Shown: positions 19,624-28,422 of the stretch, one piece after another
Layout: each line of letters begins with the position of its first letter
How positions within the stretch are numbered: the stretch's first letter is position 1
Origin: Acidimicrobiia bacterium
GTDB lineage: Bacteria; Actinomycetota; Acidimicrobiia; Spongiisociales; UBA11373
Assembly: GCA_041551965.1 (NCBI GenBank)
Contig: JBFELU010000002.1
Location: 5,829-69,828, forward strand
Length of the DNA stretch: 64,000 nt
Direction of reading: 5' to 3'
Translations under genes and position numbers: made by a program
The notes under the pieces: generated by a model
Seen by the model: the letters and a program-made list of their open reading frames with translations, nothing else
Databases searched by the model: none
What the model was told of the DNA's origin: nothing

Positions 19624-21531
19624 CTACTCCAGTCCCGCCACGTAGACGGCGAGAGCCGCCCGTTCATCGGCGGACAGGTGATCGAATGCCGGCATCGTCG
19701 ACCAGGGGCGGACCGCCCGCGGATCGGCCAGGTAGTCCGTCAGGGCGGCGGCATCGCCGGCGAACTGCCTGCTTCCGGCATGAGCGAGGTCGGGACCGAT
19801 CCGCATGAGACCCAGCAGATCGACGTCGTCGTTGGCATAGTCGCCGACCACCGAGACCGGACCCAGGCCCACGTCGGTCACGATCCCCCGCACCTGCTGT
19901 GTGTGGCAATACCAGCAACCTTCCCGGACGTAGAGGTCACGCCCGAGGGAACCGACGGGTTCCTCTTCGTGGGGACGGGTCGCCTCGGCGAGAAGCGAGG
20001 GAGGATCCCCGGTATCGGCCGCCGGGAGCACCACCACCGACACCGCCACGACGACGAACACCACTGCAATGCCGCGGAGGATGGTGCGGAGCGGAGCACG
20101 GGGGCCGTCGACCCCGACGTCCTCATCGAGACCGGCTCCGCCCAGCGTGACCAGGAAGCCGAGCAACAAGAAGAGGGCGGCGATGACCACCAGGCCGAGC
20201 CCGACCACCTGGGTCACCTGCAACCCCTCCAGTGGCACCACGGAGCTGCGAAAGGCTTCGCCGACATTGGCCGCCGAGTCCGGGCTCACCGACCCGACCC
20301 AGGTGTAGCCCTGCTGGAGACCGCCGATCCAACGAGAGGCGAGGACCGTGCCCAGCCCCGCCGCCAACGCCCCGATCTGCACGGCGCCGAGAGCACGGGG
20401 CCACGAACGATTCGAAGCCGCATGAACGGCGGCAAAGGCAAACGCCGTGGCGGCGCCGAAGAGCGCCAGGACCTCGACGGATCCCTCCCACAGTGTGAAG
20501 TGGAGGACCGAACTCGCACCGCGAAGCGACCCGATGAAGAGATGGATCGCCGTGATCACCACCAAGCCGACACCGATGACCGACAACTGGACCGATCGCG
20601 ACTCTGAGACCACCGCCCACCGCCCCCGCAGCGCGTGCGCGAAGTCGGCGGCGATGGTGAACGCCGCCACGATGAGACCGGCGCCGAAAAGCACCGGCAC
20701 CGTCTCGAGCCAGTCCGGCGTCGGTCCGTATTGGAGCTCCCGAGGAGCCATCCACAGCCAGGAGAAGAGCAGCGACCAGAAGCCGATCGCACCGAGCCGA
20801 GGATGAAAGGACCAACCGGTCGACCGGCCGACCAGGTAGTAGGCGATACCGATGCCGAGCATCGCCGGGCCGAGGCCGCCGATCACCGTGGCGGCGAACC
20901 GCCCCTGCAGTGCCGCAGGAACACCGTCGAGCCCGGGGATCGCTCCGGTCACGAAGCCCGCCCATTGCAGCCAAAGTCCGGCCACGACATACCAGGCCGC
21001 CGTGGGCAGCCCCTCGGTCGACCCCCGCACGGCTCGCGTGACGGCCGCGGCCATTGCCAACAAGCCGACTGCGACCGCGGCGTCGGACCACCAGGGGAGC
21101 TCGAGCAACCGGCCGCCGGCGCTCTCACCGAGGAGGATGCCCGCCGTTCCCGCGCCGAGACCACCCGCGACCGCCAGCAGGCCACCCACGGTCAATGCAG
21201 GGGCCGGCCGTTGCCCGCCGAGCCGGGGAATCACCCAGATCGCACCACCGGCCAGGCCGAGAGTGAGCCAACCCACCACCACGGCATTCAACGACGCGGG
21301 CAGGAGCCGCCCGTACGCGAGGTACTCCTCTCCGGCCAGGAAGTCGGGCCAAACGAGCTTGGCCGCAGCGGCGGCATACGCGGCCGAGCCGATCAACAGC
21401 AGCACGACGGCCACCGCCAGGTAGAGGCGGGCGATCCCGGACGGAGCCATACCGGTGGCGGCGTTCGGGGATTCGATGGTGTCGGTGGCGGGCACTCCCC
21501 CGTCCCTCCGTCGTGTGTCGGCCGAGAACAT
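19624..21531 (-). CDS. Fused CcoN-like 12-TM domain plus CcoO/FixO-like monoheme cytochrome c (cbb3-type oxidase-like; catalytic His ligands apparently absent)
   Basis: 636 aa from the ATG at 21531 (MFSADTRRRDGG); the upstream part of the 1027-aa track ORF is an artifact overlapping plus-strand genes. A ~450 aa polytopic domain with a WW motif is followed by a TM anchor, then RDLYVREGCWYCHTQQVRG...IGPDLAHAG...RPWSTMPAF. This matches the CcoO signature (IYIREGCYxCHSQ...GPDL...MPsY). The membrane domain has only 5 His in total, no HH pair, and the WW motif is followed by SD rather than GHNA. Confidence 0.72.
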   Translation of the reverse strand: MFSADTRRRDGGVPATDTIESPNAATGMAPSGIARLYLAVAVVLLLIGSAAYAAAAAKLVWPDFLAGEEYLAYGRLLPASLNAVVVGWLTLGLAGGAIWVIPRLGGQRPAPALTVGGLLAVAGGLGAGTAGILLGESAGGRLLELPWWSDAAVAVGLLAMAAAVTRAVRGSTEGLPTAAWYVVAGLWLQWAGFVTGAIPGLDGVPAALQGRFAATVIGGLGPAMLGIGIAYYLVGRSTGWSFHPRLGAIGFWSLLFSWLWMAPRELQYGPTPDWLETVPVLFGAGLIVAAFTIAADFAHALRGRWAVVSESRSVQLSVIGVGLVVITAIHLFIGSLRGASSVLHFTLWEGSVEVLALFGAATAFAFAAVHAASNRSWPRALGAVQIGALAAGLGTVLASRWIGGLQQGYTWVGSVSPDSAANVGEAFRSSVVPLEGLQVTQVVGLGLVVIAALFLLLGFLVTLGGAGLDEDVGVDGPRAPLRTILRGIAVVFVVVAVSVVVLPAADTGDPPSLLAEATRPHEEEPVGSLGRDLYVREGCWYCHTQQVRGIVTDVGLGPVSVVGDYANDDVDLLGLMRIGPDLAHAGSRQFAGDAAALTDYLADPRAVRPWSTMPAFDHLSADERAALAVYVAGLE

Positions 21532-21639
21532 TAGCCCCACCGTCCGAGGTCCACGCGGGGCGGGACGATTGTCTCGAACAGACCGGGCGGCGTCAAAGCA
21601 CGTCGGCCCGGTTCTCCCCCGGGCGGCGGGGCGCGTACA

Positions 21640-22290
21640 ATGTCGCCGCTTTCGGAGGAGGAGCCCGGCCGCGTGACCGAGCAGCAACGCGTCAGGATCG
21701 GCATCGCCGGAATCGGCGCAGGCTCGGTGCTGCTCGTGGTCGGGGTGCTGATCGCTCACTTCACGGGGCTGGCTGAAACCGACGGAGTGGGCCGGGAGAT
21801 CTACCCCCACATCCCCCGATGTCTGCCGTGGGAAGACGATCCCGCCAAGTGCTGGATGCTGCCGACGGGAGGGCAGATCATCGCGTTCGTCGGCAGCCAG
21901 CTGCTCCTGGCCGGAATCGTGCTCGGCTGGATCCTGGGGCGGCCCCTCACCTGGGCCCGGGCCTCCGCGGCCGCCATGCTTTTCACGGTCGAGGCGATCC
22001 TCCTCTTCGGCGTGGTCCCCAATCAGTGGCTCACGCTGGCGCAGGGGACCTTCGAGTGGACCGAGCAGAAGATCGCCTTCACGTTGCCGCGATGGCTCGT
22101 GCTCAACAACGAGGTCGGAATCTCCTACGGGGCGATCAAGGATCTCGTCTCCGGCGGCTACTCGGCGGTGATGCTCGGCGTGATCGCCGTCACCGCGTAT
22201 CAGTTGCAGGAGCGGGCCAAGCGCAAGGATGAGCCGCCGCCCCCGCGGATCTCGGCCTACGGTCGACCGATGGTGAAGGGAGAGCGCTAG
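21640..22290 (+). CDS. Integral membrane protein (4-5 TM), first gene of the bc-type complex operon
   Basis: Hydrophobic 216 aa protein with high GC3. An alternative GTG start at 21673 follows a GGAGGAGG Shine-Dalgarno; a TACAAT -10-like hexamer lies at 21635-21640. Confidence 0.6.
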   Translation: MSPLSEEEPGRVTEQQRVRIGIAGIGAGSVLLVVGVLIAHFTGLAETDGVGREIYPHIPRCLPWEDDPAKCWMLPTGGQIIAFVGSQLLLAGIVLGWILGRPLTWARASAAAMLFTVEAILLFGVVPNQWLTLAQGTFEWTEQKIAFTLPRWLVLNNEVGISYGAIKDLVSGGYSAVMLGVIAVTAYQLQERAKRKDEPPPPRISAYGRPMVKGER

Positions 22291-22740
22291 ATGGCGAAGA
22301 CGGACGTTTGGTTCGAGACGCCCCCTTTCCGCGACGACTACCAACTCGCCGTCGTCGACGAGCAGTACCTTCTCGACGCCGTCAAGCCGAAGCAGTTCCT
22401 CCACATCGACCAAAGCGAGTGCATCCTCTGCGAAGGATGCGTCGACATCTGCCCGTGGAAGTGCATCCACTACCTCTCGATCGACGCCATCGCCGAATCG
22501 TCCAACGTCGACGACCCTCGCGCCGACGAGGGCAATCGGGGCTTCTTCGTGGTCGACGAGGACGAGTGCACCCGTTGTGCGCTGTGTGTGGACCGCTGCC
22601 CCACCGGCGTGATCAGCCTCGGCAAGTTCGCCGGGTCGCTGGCGGACCAGGCCGACCGGCGGGGTGTGGAGGCACCGTGGGAGGTCGACAGCGGGCAGCG
22701 CGACCACAAGAACGGCTACGCATACGGAATGCGGTTCTAG
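22291..22740 (+). CDS. 2x[4Fe-4S] ferredoxin-domain protein
   Basis: Two cluster motifs, [12 protein letters not shown] and [16 protein letters not shown] overlap with the upstream gene. Confidence 0.8.
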   Translation: MAKTDVWFETPPFRDDYQLAVVDEQYLLDAVKPKQFLHIDQSECILCEGCVDICPWKCIHYLSIDAIAESSNVDDPRADEGNRGFFVVDEDECTRCALCVDRCPTGVISLGKFAGSLADQADRRGVEAPWEVDSGQRDHKNGYAYGMRF

Positions 22741-22748
22741 GAGGAGAG

Positions 22749-23528
22749 GTGGCAGACAACGGCAACGGCAGGGTGCGGCTGGGCGAACGGATCGCCCACG
22801 TGACCGATCGGGTCCGCGACAGCGAGGTGTGGACCAGCATCTTCCGGCCCGGATCCCCGTTCCGCAAGGGCTACGCCGACAGCCCCCGGAATCGGTCCTA
22901 CGTGATCATGAACAACGTGCTGTATCACCTCCACCCGGTGAAGGTGAAGCGGCACGCGGTGCGCCTCTCCTACACCCTCTGTCTCGGCGGGTTGAGCTTC
23001 TTCCTCTTCATCCTGCTCACGATCACCGGCATCTTCCTGATGTTCTATTACACCCCCACCTCCCCCGACGCCTACACCGACATCGCCGAGTTGTCGACCG
23101 GAGTGGCGTTCGGGCAGTTGGTTCACAACATCCACCGATGGGGCGCCCACCTGATGGTCATCACCGTGTTCCTGCACATGACACGTGTCTTCTATCACGG
23201 TGCCTACAAGCCGCCGCGGGAGTTCAACTGGGTGGTCGGCGTCGTCTTGCTCTTCCTCACCCTGCTCCTCTCGTTCACCGGCTATCTGCTCCCCTGGGAC
23301 CAATTGGCACTTTGGGCAGTCACGGTGGGCTCGAACATGGCCGGCTACACCCCGGTGTTCGGAAACCAGGTCAGCTTCGTCCTCCTCGGTGGCATCGAGG
23401 TCGGAGCCCCCACGCTTCTGCGTTTCTACGTGCTCCATGTGCTGGCTCTTCCGTTCCTGATCGTGATCTTCATGGCCGTCCACTTCTGGCGAGTGCGCAA
23501 GGACGGCGGCATCTCGGGACCCCTCTAG
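22749..23528 (+). CDS. qcrB: Cytochrome b6-type subunit of menaquinol:cytochrome c reductase (b6c/bc complex)
   Basis: GTG start at 22749 after a GGAGGAG Shine-Dalgarno. Strong similarity to PetB: FYCLGG..., [44 protein letters not shown]...[23 protein letters not shown], ending ...[10 protein letters not shown]. Confidence 0.9.
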   Translation: MADNGNGRVRLGERIAHVTDRVRDSEVWTSIFRPGSPFRKGYADSPRNRSYVIMNNVLYHLHPVKVKRHAVRLSYTLCLGGLSFFLFILLTITGIFLMFYYTPTSPDAYTDIAELSTGVAFGQLVHNIHRWGAHLMVITVFLHMTRVFYHGAYKPPREFNWVVGVVLLFLTLLLSFTGYLLPWDQLALWAVTVGSNMAGYTPVFGNQVSFVLLGGIEVGAPTLLRFYVLHVLALPFLIVIFMAVHFWRVRKDGGISGPL

Positions 23529-23540
23529 AAAGGAGCGCAG

Positions 23541-24632
23541 TTGTCAGACATCCCCGAGTCGCTGCTTCGTCGCTCCGCCGAGGCCAAGGCCAAGGCCACC
23601 GGACGCCCCGTCGAGGAGATCCTCGCCGAGATGAAAGGCGAGGCCCCACCGGAGCCCGCCGAAGCGGCCCCGACCCCGACCGATGAGCCGGCCGCCGCTC
23701 CCGAGAGCGTCGCCGAAAAGGCGGCTGCGGCGACCGCGCAATTGCCGGATCACCTGTTGCGCCGCTCCGCCGAGGCCAAGGCCAAGGCCCAGGGACGACC
23801 GGTGGAGGAGGTCCTCGCCGAGTTGAAGGCGTCGGGCGCCGCCACCCCGCCCCCGCTACCCGAGAAACCCGCCCCCGAAGAGGCGGTTCCCGCGGCCGCC
23901 CCGGCGGCGCAGGCCGACCCCGAGCAAGCCGCCGCCGCCGCCAAAATGCCTGAGAAACTATTGCGCCGCTCCGCCGAGGCCAAGGCCAAGGCCACCGGAC
24001 GCCCCGTCGAGGAGATCCTCGCCGAACTCAAGGGCGAGGCCGCCCCCGCCGCACCGGCTCCCGCGGCCGCCCCGGCGGCGCAGGCCCCGGCAGCGGCCCC
24101 CGCGCCCCAGCCGAGCCTCCCCCCGGTGCCGGAGGGGGTCCGCACCCAGCGCCTCCTCACCGTCGTCAAGGCCAAGGCGATCCAGCAGGTCAAGGCCGAG
24201 CCCACCGACAAGGTGAACGTGTGGCCTCACCTGCTGGCCATCGAGTTCGTGGCCCTCTTGGCGGTGACCGCGCTCCTGGTGATCTTCTCGGTGTTCCAGG
24301 ATGCGCCGCTCCTCGAGCTGGCCAACCCGAACGACCAGCCCAATCCCTCGAAGGCTCCCTGGTACTTCCTCGGGCTGCAGGAACTGCTGTCCTACTTCGA
24401 CCCGCAGGTCGCCGGAGTGCTGATCCCCGGCCTGGGACTCGCCGGCCTGGCGATCATCCCCTACATCGACCGGAACCCCTCGACGCGGCCGGCCGACCGC
24501 AAGTTCGCCATCATGCTGTTCACGTTCTTCGTGGTGGCCTCGGCGATCCTCACGATCATCGGCTCCTTCTACCGGGGGAAGGGGTTCAACTTCACGTTCC
24601 CCTGGAGAGACGGGATCTTCTTCGACCTATGA
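23541..24632 (+). CDS. Subunit IV (PetD-like) of the b6c-type complex, with a ~210-aa N-terminal extension carrying three tandem ~65-aa repeats
   Basis: The C-terminal ~150 aa (KAPWYFLGLQELLSYF...PGLGLAGLAIIPYIDRNP) matches PetD/subunit IV. The N-terminal part carries three copies of LLRRSAEAKAKA[TQ]GRPVEE[IV]LAE[ML]K[GA]... Confidence 0.85.
   Translation: MSDIPESLLRRSAEAKAKATGRPVEEILAEMKGEAPPEPAEAAPTPTDEPAAAPESVAEKAAAATAQLPDHLLRRSAEAKAKAQGRPVEEVLAELKASGAATPPPLPEKPAPEEAVPAAAPAAQADPEQAAAAAKMPEKLLRRSAEAKAKATGRPVEEILAELKGEAAPAAPAPAAAPAAQAPAAAPAPQPSLPPVPEGVRTQRLLTVVKAKAIQQVKAEPTDKVNVWPHLLAIEFVALLAVTALLVIFSVFQDAPLLELANPNDQPNPSKAPWYFLGLQELLSYFDPQVAGVLIPGLGLAGLAIIPYIDRNPSTRPADRKFAIMLFTFFVVASAILTIIGSFYRGKGFNFTFPWRDGIFFDL
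23553..24041 (+). repeat. Three in-frame tandem coding repeats (~190-210 nt each) within the subunit IV gene
   Basis: Copies 1 and 3 share a run of roughly 50-60 identical nucleotides. The exact span was not determined, and the repeat boundaries differ (ctgcttcgtcgctcc versus ctattgcgccgctcc) (cgctccgccgaggccaaggccaaggccaccggacgccccgtcgaggagatcctcgccga), while copy 2 has diverged. All three encode LLRRSAEAKAKAxGRPVEE. Confidence 0.75.
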
Positions 24633-25405
24633 CCGTGCTCGTCATCGCCTTCGTCGCCATCGCCGTCGTCCTGGCGGCGGCCCTGTTCACCGTGGCGTGG
24701 CGCCGCGAGGACGCGGTGTCCGCTCCGGTCGAACGACCGAGGAGGGTGCGCCGCACCCGGGAGCCGGAACCGGCACCCGAGCCCGAGGCCGAGGAGGAGG
24801 TCCCGCTCGACCCGCTGGAAACACGGCCCGAGATCGACGCCGCCGGCTACGACGTCACGAGGAGACAGTTCTTCAACCGCGGCGTGCTCGGGGTCTTCGG
24901 AATCTTCCTGGCCCAATTCGGGATCGCCGCGCTCGCCTTCATGTGGCCCAAGCTCCGCTCCGGCGGGTTCGGCAGCAAGGTCAATGCCGGCAAGCTGGAG
25001 GACATCGAGAAGGAGGTGTTCCTGCCCGATGGCCGGATCGCTCCGCTCTTCGTCTCCGCCGCCCAGGCCTACGTCCTCCCGTTCCAGGGTGAGGTGGCCG
25101 GATCGTCATTCGAAGGCCTCCCCGTGGTGGCCGGCGGCTTGATCGCCTTGTGGCAGCGGTGTGTGCACCTCGGATGCCGGGTCCCGGAGTGCACCTCCTC
25201 CCAGGGCTTCGAGTGCCCCTGTCACGGATCGAAGTACAACTACCACGGCGAATACGAGGACGGGCCGGCACCCCGCAACCTCGATCGGTTCGTGGTCACT
25301 CTCAACGAGAACAACGAATTGATCATCGACACCGGCCAGGTGATCCAGACCGCCCGATCAACCACCAAGACGGCTGAGTACCCGCAGGGGCCGTCGTGCA
25401 TCTGA
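24629..25405 (+). CDS. qcrA: Rieske [2Fe-2S] iron-sulfur subunit
   Basis: CVHLGCRVPEC and CPCHGSKY Rieske boxes. N-terminal TM helix MTVLVIAFVAIAVVLAAALF. ATGA overlap with the upstream stop. Confidence 0.9.
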   Translation: MTVLVIAFVAIAVVLAAALFTVAWRREDAVSAPVERPRRVRRTREPEPAPEPEAEEEVPLDPLETRPEIDAAGYDVTRRQFFNRGVLGVFGIFLAQFGIAALAFMWPKLRSGGFGSKVNAGKLEDIEKEVFLPDGRIAPLFVSAAQAYVLPFQGEVAGSSFEGLPVVAGGLIALWQRCVHLGCRVPECTSSQGFECPCHGSKYNYHGEYEDGPAPRNLDRFVVTLNENNELIIDTGQVIQTARSTTKTAEYPQGPSCI

Positions 25406-25415
25406 GGAGCCGCTG

Positions 25416-26903
25416 ATGGGAATCGGTGCCTTCGTCCTGGCGCTGGCGGTGCTCGGCACGTTGGCGTGGCTGTGGTTCCTGGTGGGGTCGAGCCGGGTCC
25501 GCCGCCGCCGGGAAGCGCCGCCGGCCAATCAATCCCCTTTCATGACCGACGACGAGTTGGAGTCGCGACGGCTCAATTCCACTCTCGTCGGTGCCCTGGT
25601 CGCCAGCGCGGTGCTGGCGATCATCCTGCCCGTCTACTTCCTCGCCGAGACCGACCGCCAGGTGGCTTCGGTCGAGCACTTCGACGAGGTGGCGATCGAA
25701 CGAGGAGAGCACTGGTACGAGGAGTTCCAGTGCGGCGACTGCCACGGTCCGACCGGTGGAGGAGGAGGTGCCGACTACTTGGAGAGGCGCAGCGGCCTCA
25801 CCACATCGTGGGCGGCTCCGTCGATCAACGACGTCCTCTACCGCTATGACGCCGACGAGGTTCGCTACTGGCTGGTCTTCGGCAGGGCCGGCAGTCCCAT
25901 GCCCGCCTGGGGAACCGAGGGAGGCGGACCGCTCAACAGCCAGCAGATCGACGAACTGATCGCCTACCTCGACGCCTTCAGGATTCCCCAGGTGGAGGCG
26001 GTCTCCGAGGTCGAGGGTTCGGTGGCGAGAGAGCTCGCCCGGCTCGCCAACGCCGATGCCACCATCGCCGATGCGATCGATCGGCAGCGGGAGGAAATCC
26101 GGGCCATCGAGGAGGCACCGGCCGTCTATGCGGTGCTCTCCGACGTCGAGGAACGGCTGGCCGGGATCCTGGCCGAGACGTGCAGCGACGAATCAGCGGC
26201 CATCGTGGACAGGACCTGCGAGGAGGAGACGCCGGATCGAGACCGCGACGGTTTGCCGGACGAGGCCGAACGGCAGCTGGCGGAGCTCATCTCCTTCGTC
26301 GTGGCCGAGGCACCGCCCAGCGACGCCGCCGCCGCCCTGGAACGGGCGACGTTCGATCCGGATGCTGCGTTCTCGACGTCGGAGGGCACGACTCCGGTGG
26401 CCGACCTCGCGCTCGCCGAGGCCGTCGCCGGGGAGATCGCGACGATCGTTCGCGACCTCCGCTTGACGGTGGACTCTCAGGAACGCTTGCTGGAGACGGC
26501 AGCCGCCGGGCTCGAGTTCCTGGAGGAGGCTGCCGAGGAACGGCGCTTCGCCATCGATTTCGACGCCCTCGCCGTTGCCTTCGACGGCAACGTCTCCGAC
26601 GCCCGGCGCGGAGCCGCCCTCTACAACGCCTACTGCGCCCGGTGCCACACAGCCGGCTACTCGGCCGGGGTGGCATTCACGCAAGAGGCCGGCTCGGGTG
26701 GTTTCGGGCCGTCGCTGACCGGAGGCCGCTCGGTGGTTCAGTTCCCCGACCCGGCCGACCATCTCGGATTCATCGTCAACGGCTCCGAGAACGGGAAGGC
26801 CTACGGCGTCAACGGCGTGGGCCGGGGCTGGATGCCGGGATTCGGAGTGGTCCTCAGCGAGGAGGACCTGATGTTGATCGTCACGTTCGAGAGGACCCTG
26901 TGA
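25416..26903 (+). CDS. qcrC: Membrane-anchored diheme c-type cytochrome of the bc complex
   Basis: Two heme motifs, CGDCHG (aa ~106) and CARCHT (aa ~407), plus an N-terminal TM helix. An acidic Ala/Glu-rich segment of ~250 aa separates the heme sites. Confidence 0.85.
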   Translation: MGIGAFVLALAVLGTLAWLWFLVGSSRVRRRREAPPANQSPFMTDDELESRRLNSTLVGALVASAVLAIILPVYFLAETDRQVASVEHFDEVAIERGEHWYEEFQCGDCHGPTGGGGGADYLERRSGLTTSWAAPSINDVLYRYDADEVRYWLVFGRAGSPMPAWGTEGGGPLNSQQIDELIAYLDAFRIPQVEAVSEVEGSVARELARLANADATIADAIDRQREEIRAIEEAPAVYAVLSDVEERLAGILAETCSDESAAIVDRTCEEETPDRDRDGLPDEAERQLAELISFVVAEAPPSDAAAALERATFDPDAAFSTSEGTTPVADLALAEAVAGEIATIVRDLRLTVDSQERLLETAAAGLEFLEEAAEERRFAIDFDALAVAFDGNVSDARRGAALYNAYCARCHTAGYSAGVAFTQEAGSGGFGPSLTGGRSVVQFPDPADHLGFIVNGSENGKAYGVNGVGRGWMPGFGVVLSEEDLMLIVTFERTL

Positions 26904-27403
26904 TGCCGACCGGCCTGCGCCGCGATGAACGAGGGCTGAGCAGCCTCGAGTGGCTCGGCATCGTGTTGGCGGTGCTCATCCTGCTGTCGCTGATACCCCA
27001 GTTCCGGGCGGCACTGGACGTCTTCTACGAGAACCTGGTCGGCAAGAACAACGTGAGCCCCGACGGCGAACCGGCGCCCGGCGTCCTGGTCCGCGGTCTG
27101 ATCGTCGCCGTCGCCTCGCTGGCCGTGTTCGCCGGATCGGTCTACCTCATCAACTACACGAACCTGGGCCGGAGGCTCGCCTTCCTCGTGACCGGCACCG
27201 CCTTCTTCGGATTCCTGGCGGTCGTCGGCCTGCTCTACTCCCTCTACGCGCCGCGCGGGCTGCGGCCCACCTCGCTCGAGGGTCTCAACGCCTTTGAGCT
27301 CCGCATCCTCCCCGGGGCGTTGATGGTCGGATCGCTCATCCTGTTCGCCATGTTCCTCACCGCCCTCAACCGGTTCGAATCGGAGAGCGGGGACGACGAG
27401 TAA
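26903..27403 (+). CDS. Small polytopic membrane protein, last gene of the bc-complex operon
   Basis: 166 aa with 4 hydrophobic segments. The ATG overlaps the qcrC TGA (TGATG). High GC3. Confidence 0.6.
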   Translation: MPTGLRRDERGLSSLEWLGIVLAVLILLSLIPQFRAALDVFYENLVGKNNVSPDGEPAPGVLVRGLIVAVASLAVFAGSVYLINYTNLGRRLAFLVTGTAFFGFLAVVGLLYSLYAPRGLRPTSLEGLNAFELRILPGALMVGSLILFAMFLTALNRFESESGDDE

Positions 27404-27411
27404 CCGGGGCC

Positions 27412-28038
27412 CTAGGCGTCGGCTCCGGCCCGATGCAGGTAGTACGACAGCACCTTGAGCTCCGTCGACAGGTCGACTCGCCGCACATCCACGTCGTCGG
27501 GGACCTGGACGTGGGCGGGTGCGAAGTTGAGAATCGACTTGACACCGGAATCGGCGAGGAGGTCGGCCACCTCCTGGGCCGAGTCGGCCGGCGTGGTGAT
27601 CATCCCGATCGAGACCCGCCGTTTCTTCACCGCCTCCGCAAGCCTCTCGACCGGCTCGATCTCGAGTGAGTGGATGTGGGCCCCGACCTTGCCCGGGTCG
27701 CTGTCGAAGAGACCGACGACGACGAAGCCCTCCTCGGCGAATCCCCGGTAATTGGCGAGGGCGAGACCGAGGTTCCCCACCCCGACGATGGCCACCCGCC
27801 AATCCTGAGTGAGCCCGAGGGCCCGCCGGATCTCATAGCGGAGGTGCTCCACCTCGTAGCCGACGCCGCGTACCCCGTATGAACCGAGATAGGAGAGGTC
27901 CTTGCGGACCTTGGCGGAGTTCACCCCGGCACCGGCGGCGAGCTCCTCGCTCGAAATCCCCTCTTCGGAGACCCGATCGAGGACCTTCAGATACAGCGGC
28001 AGGCGCTGCACGGTGGCGCGGGGAACGGTCGGTTTCAC
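27412..28038 (-). CDS. rex: Redox-sensing transcriptional repressor Rex
   Basis: QRLPLYLKVL winged-helix N-terminus and AIVGVGNLGLALANY Rossmann NADH motif. GTG start. Confidence 0.85.
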   Translation of the reverse strand: MKPTVPRATVQRLPLYLKVLDRVSEEGISSEELAAGAGVNSAKVRKDLSYLGSYGVRGVGYEVEHLRYEIRRALGLTQDWRVAIVGVGNLGLALANYRGFAEEGFVVVGLFDSDPGKVGAHIHSLEIEPVERLAEAVKKRRVSIGMITTPADSAQEVADLLADSGVKSILNFAPAHVQVPDDVDVRRVDLSTELKVLSYYLHRAGADA

Positions 28039-28070
28039 GAGCGCACAATATAGTCCGGGCCGCGGGCCTC

Positions 28071-28325
28071 TCAGCCGTAGCGGGCCCGCAGCATGGCCCG
28101 CAGCACCCGCAGCCTCCCGAACCGCCCCGCCAGCAACTCATCTCCCTCCGGTCCCAACACCACCGGGACCCGATCCCCGTAGCGGTCGGCGAGACCCTGG
28201 GCGTCGACGTCGATCACGTCGACCGAGACCTGGAGGCGATCCGCCCACTCGGCCACGTGAGGCCATGCCTCGTCGCACAGGGTGCAGCCCCGGCGGGTCA
28301 CGAAGGTGATCTTCCTCATCGGCAC
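28071..28325 (-). CDS. Glutaredoxin-like / thioredoxin-fold small protein
   Basis: 84 aa with a CTLCDEA (CxxC) motif near the N-terminus. Lies 32 nt upstream of rex and is probably co-transcribed with it. Confidence 0.7.
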   Translation of the reverse strand: MPMRKITFVTRRGCTLCDEAWPHVAEWADRLQVSVDVIDVDAQGLADRYGDRVPVVLGPEGDELLAGRFGRLRVLRAMLRARYG

Positions 28326-28422
28326 TCGCCATCCCCGGCTATGGTCGGCCTCCGGATGCGCCCGGGCACCGTCTTCGCACTGCTGGCATTGCTGGTGATC
28401 CTCATCGCCGCAGGGGTGGTAT

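Noticed and set aside
24221-25405. 394-aa form of the Rieske ORF and the 406-aa form of the cytochrome b6 ORF (22308..23528)
   Set aside because: These are longest-ORF artifacts that run through the upstream genes in another frame. Homology begins at ATG 24629 (Rieske) and GTG 22749 (cytochrome b6).
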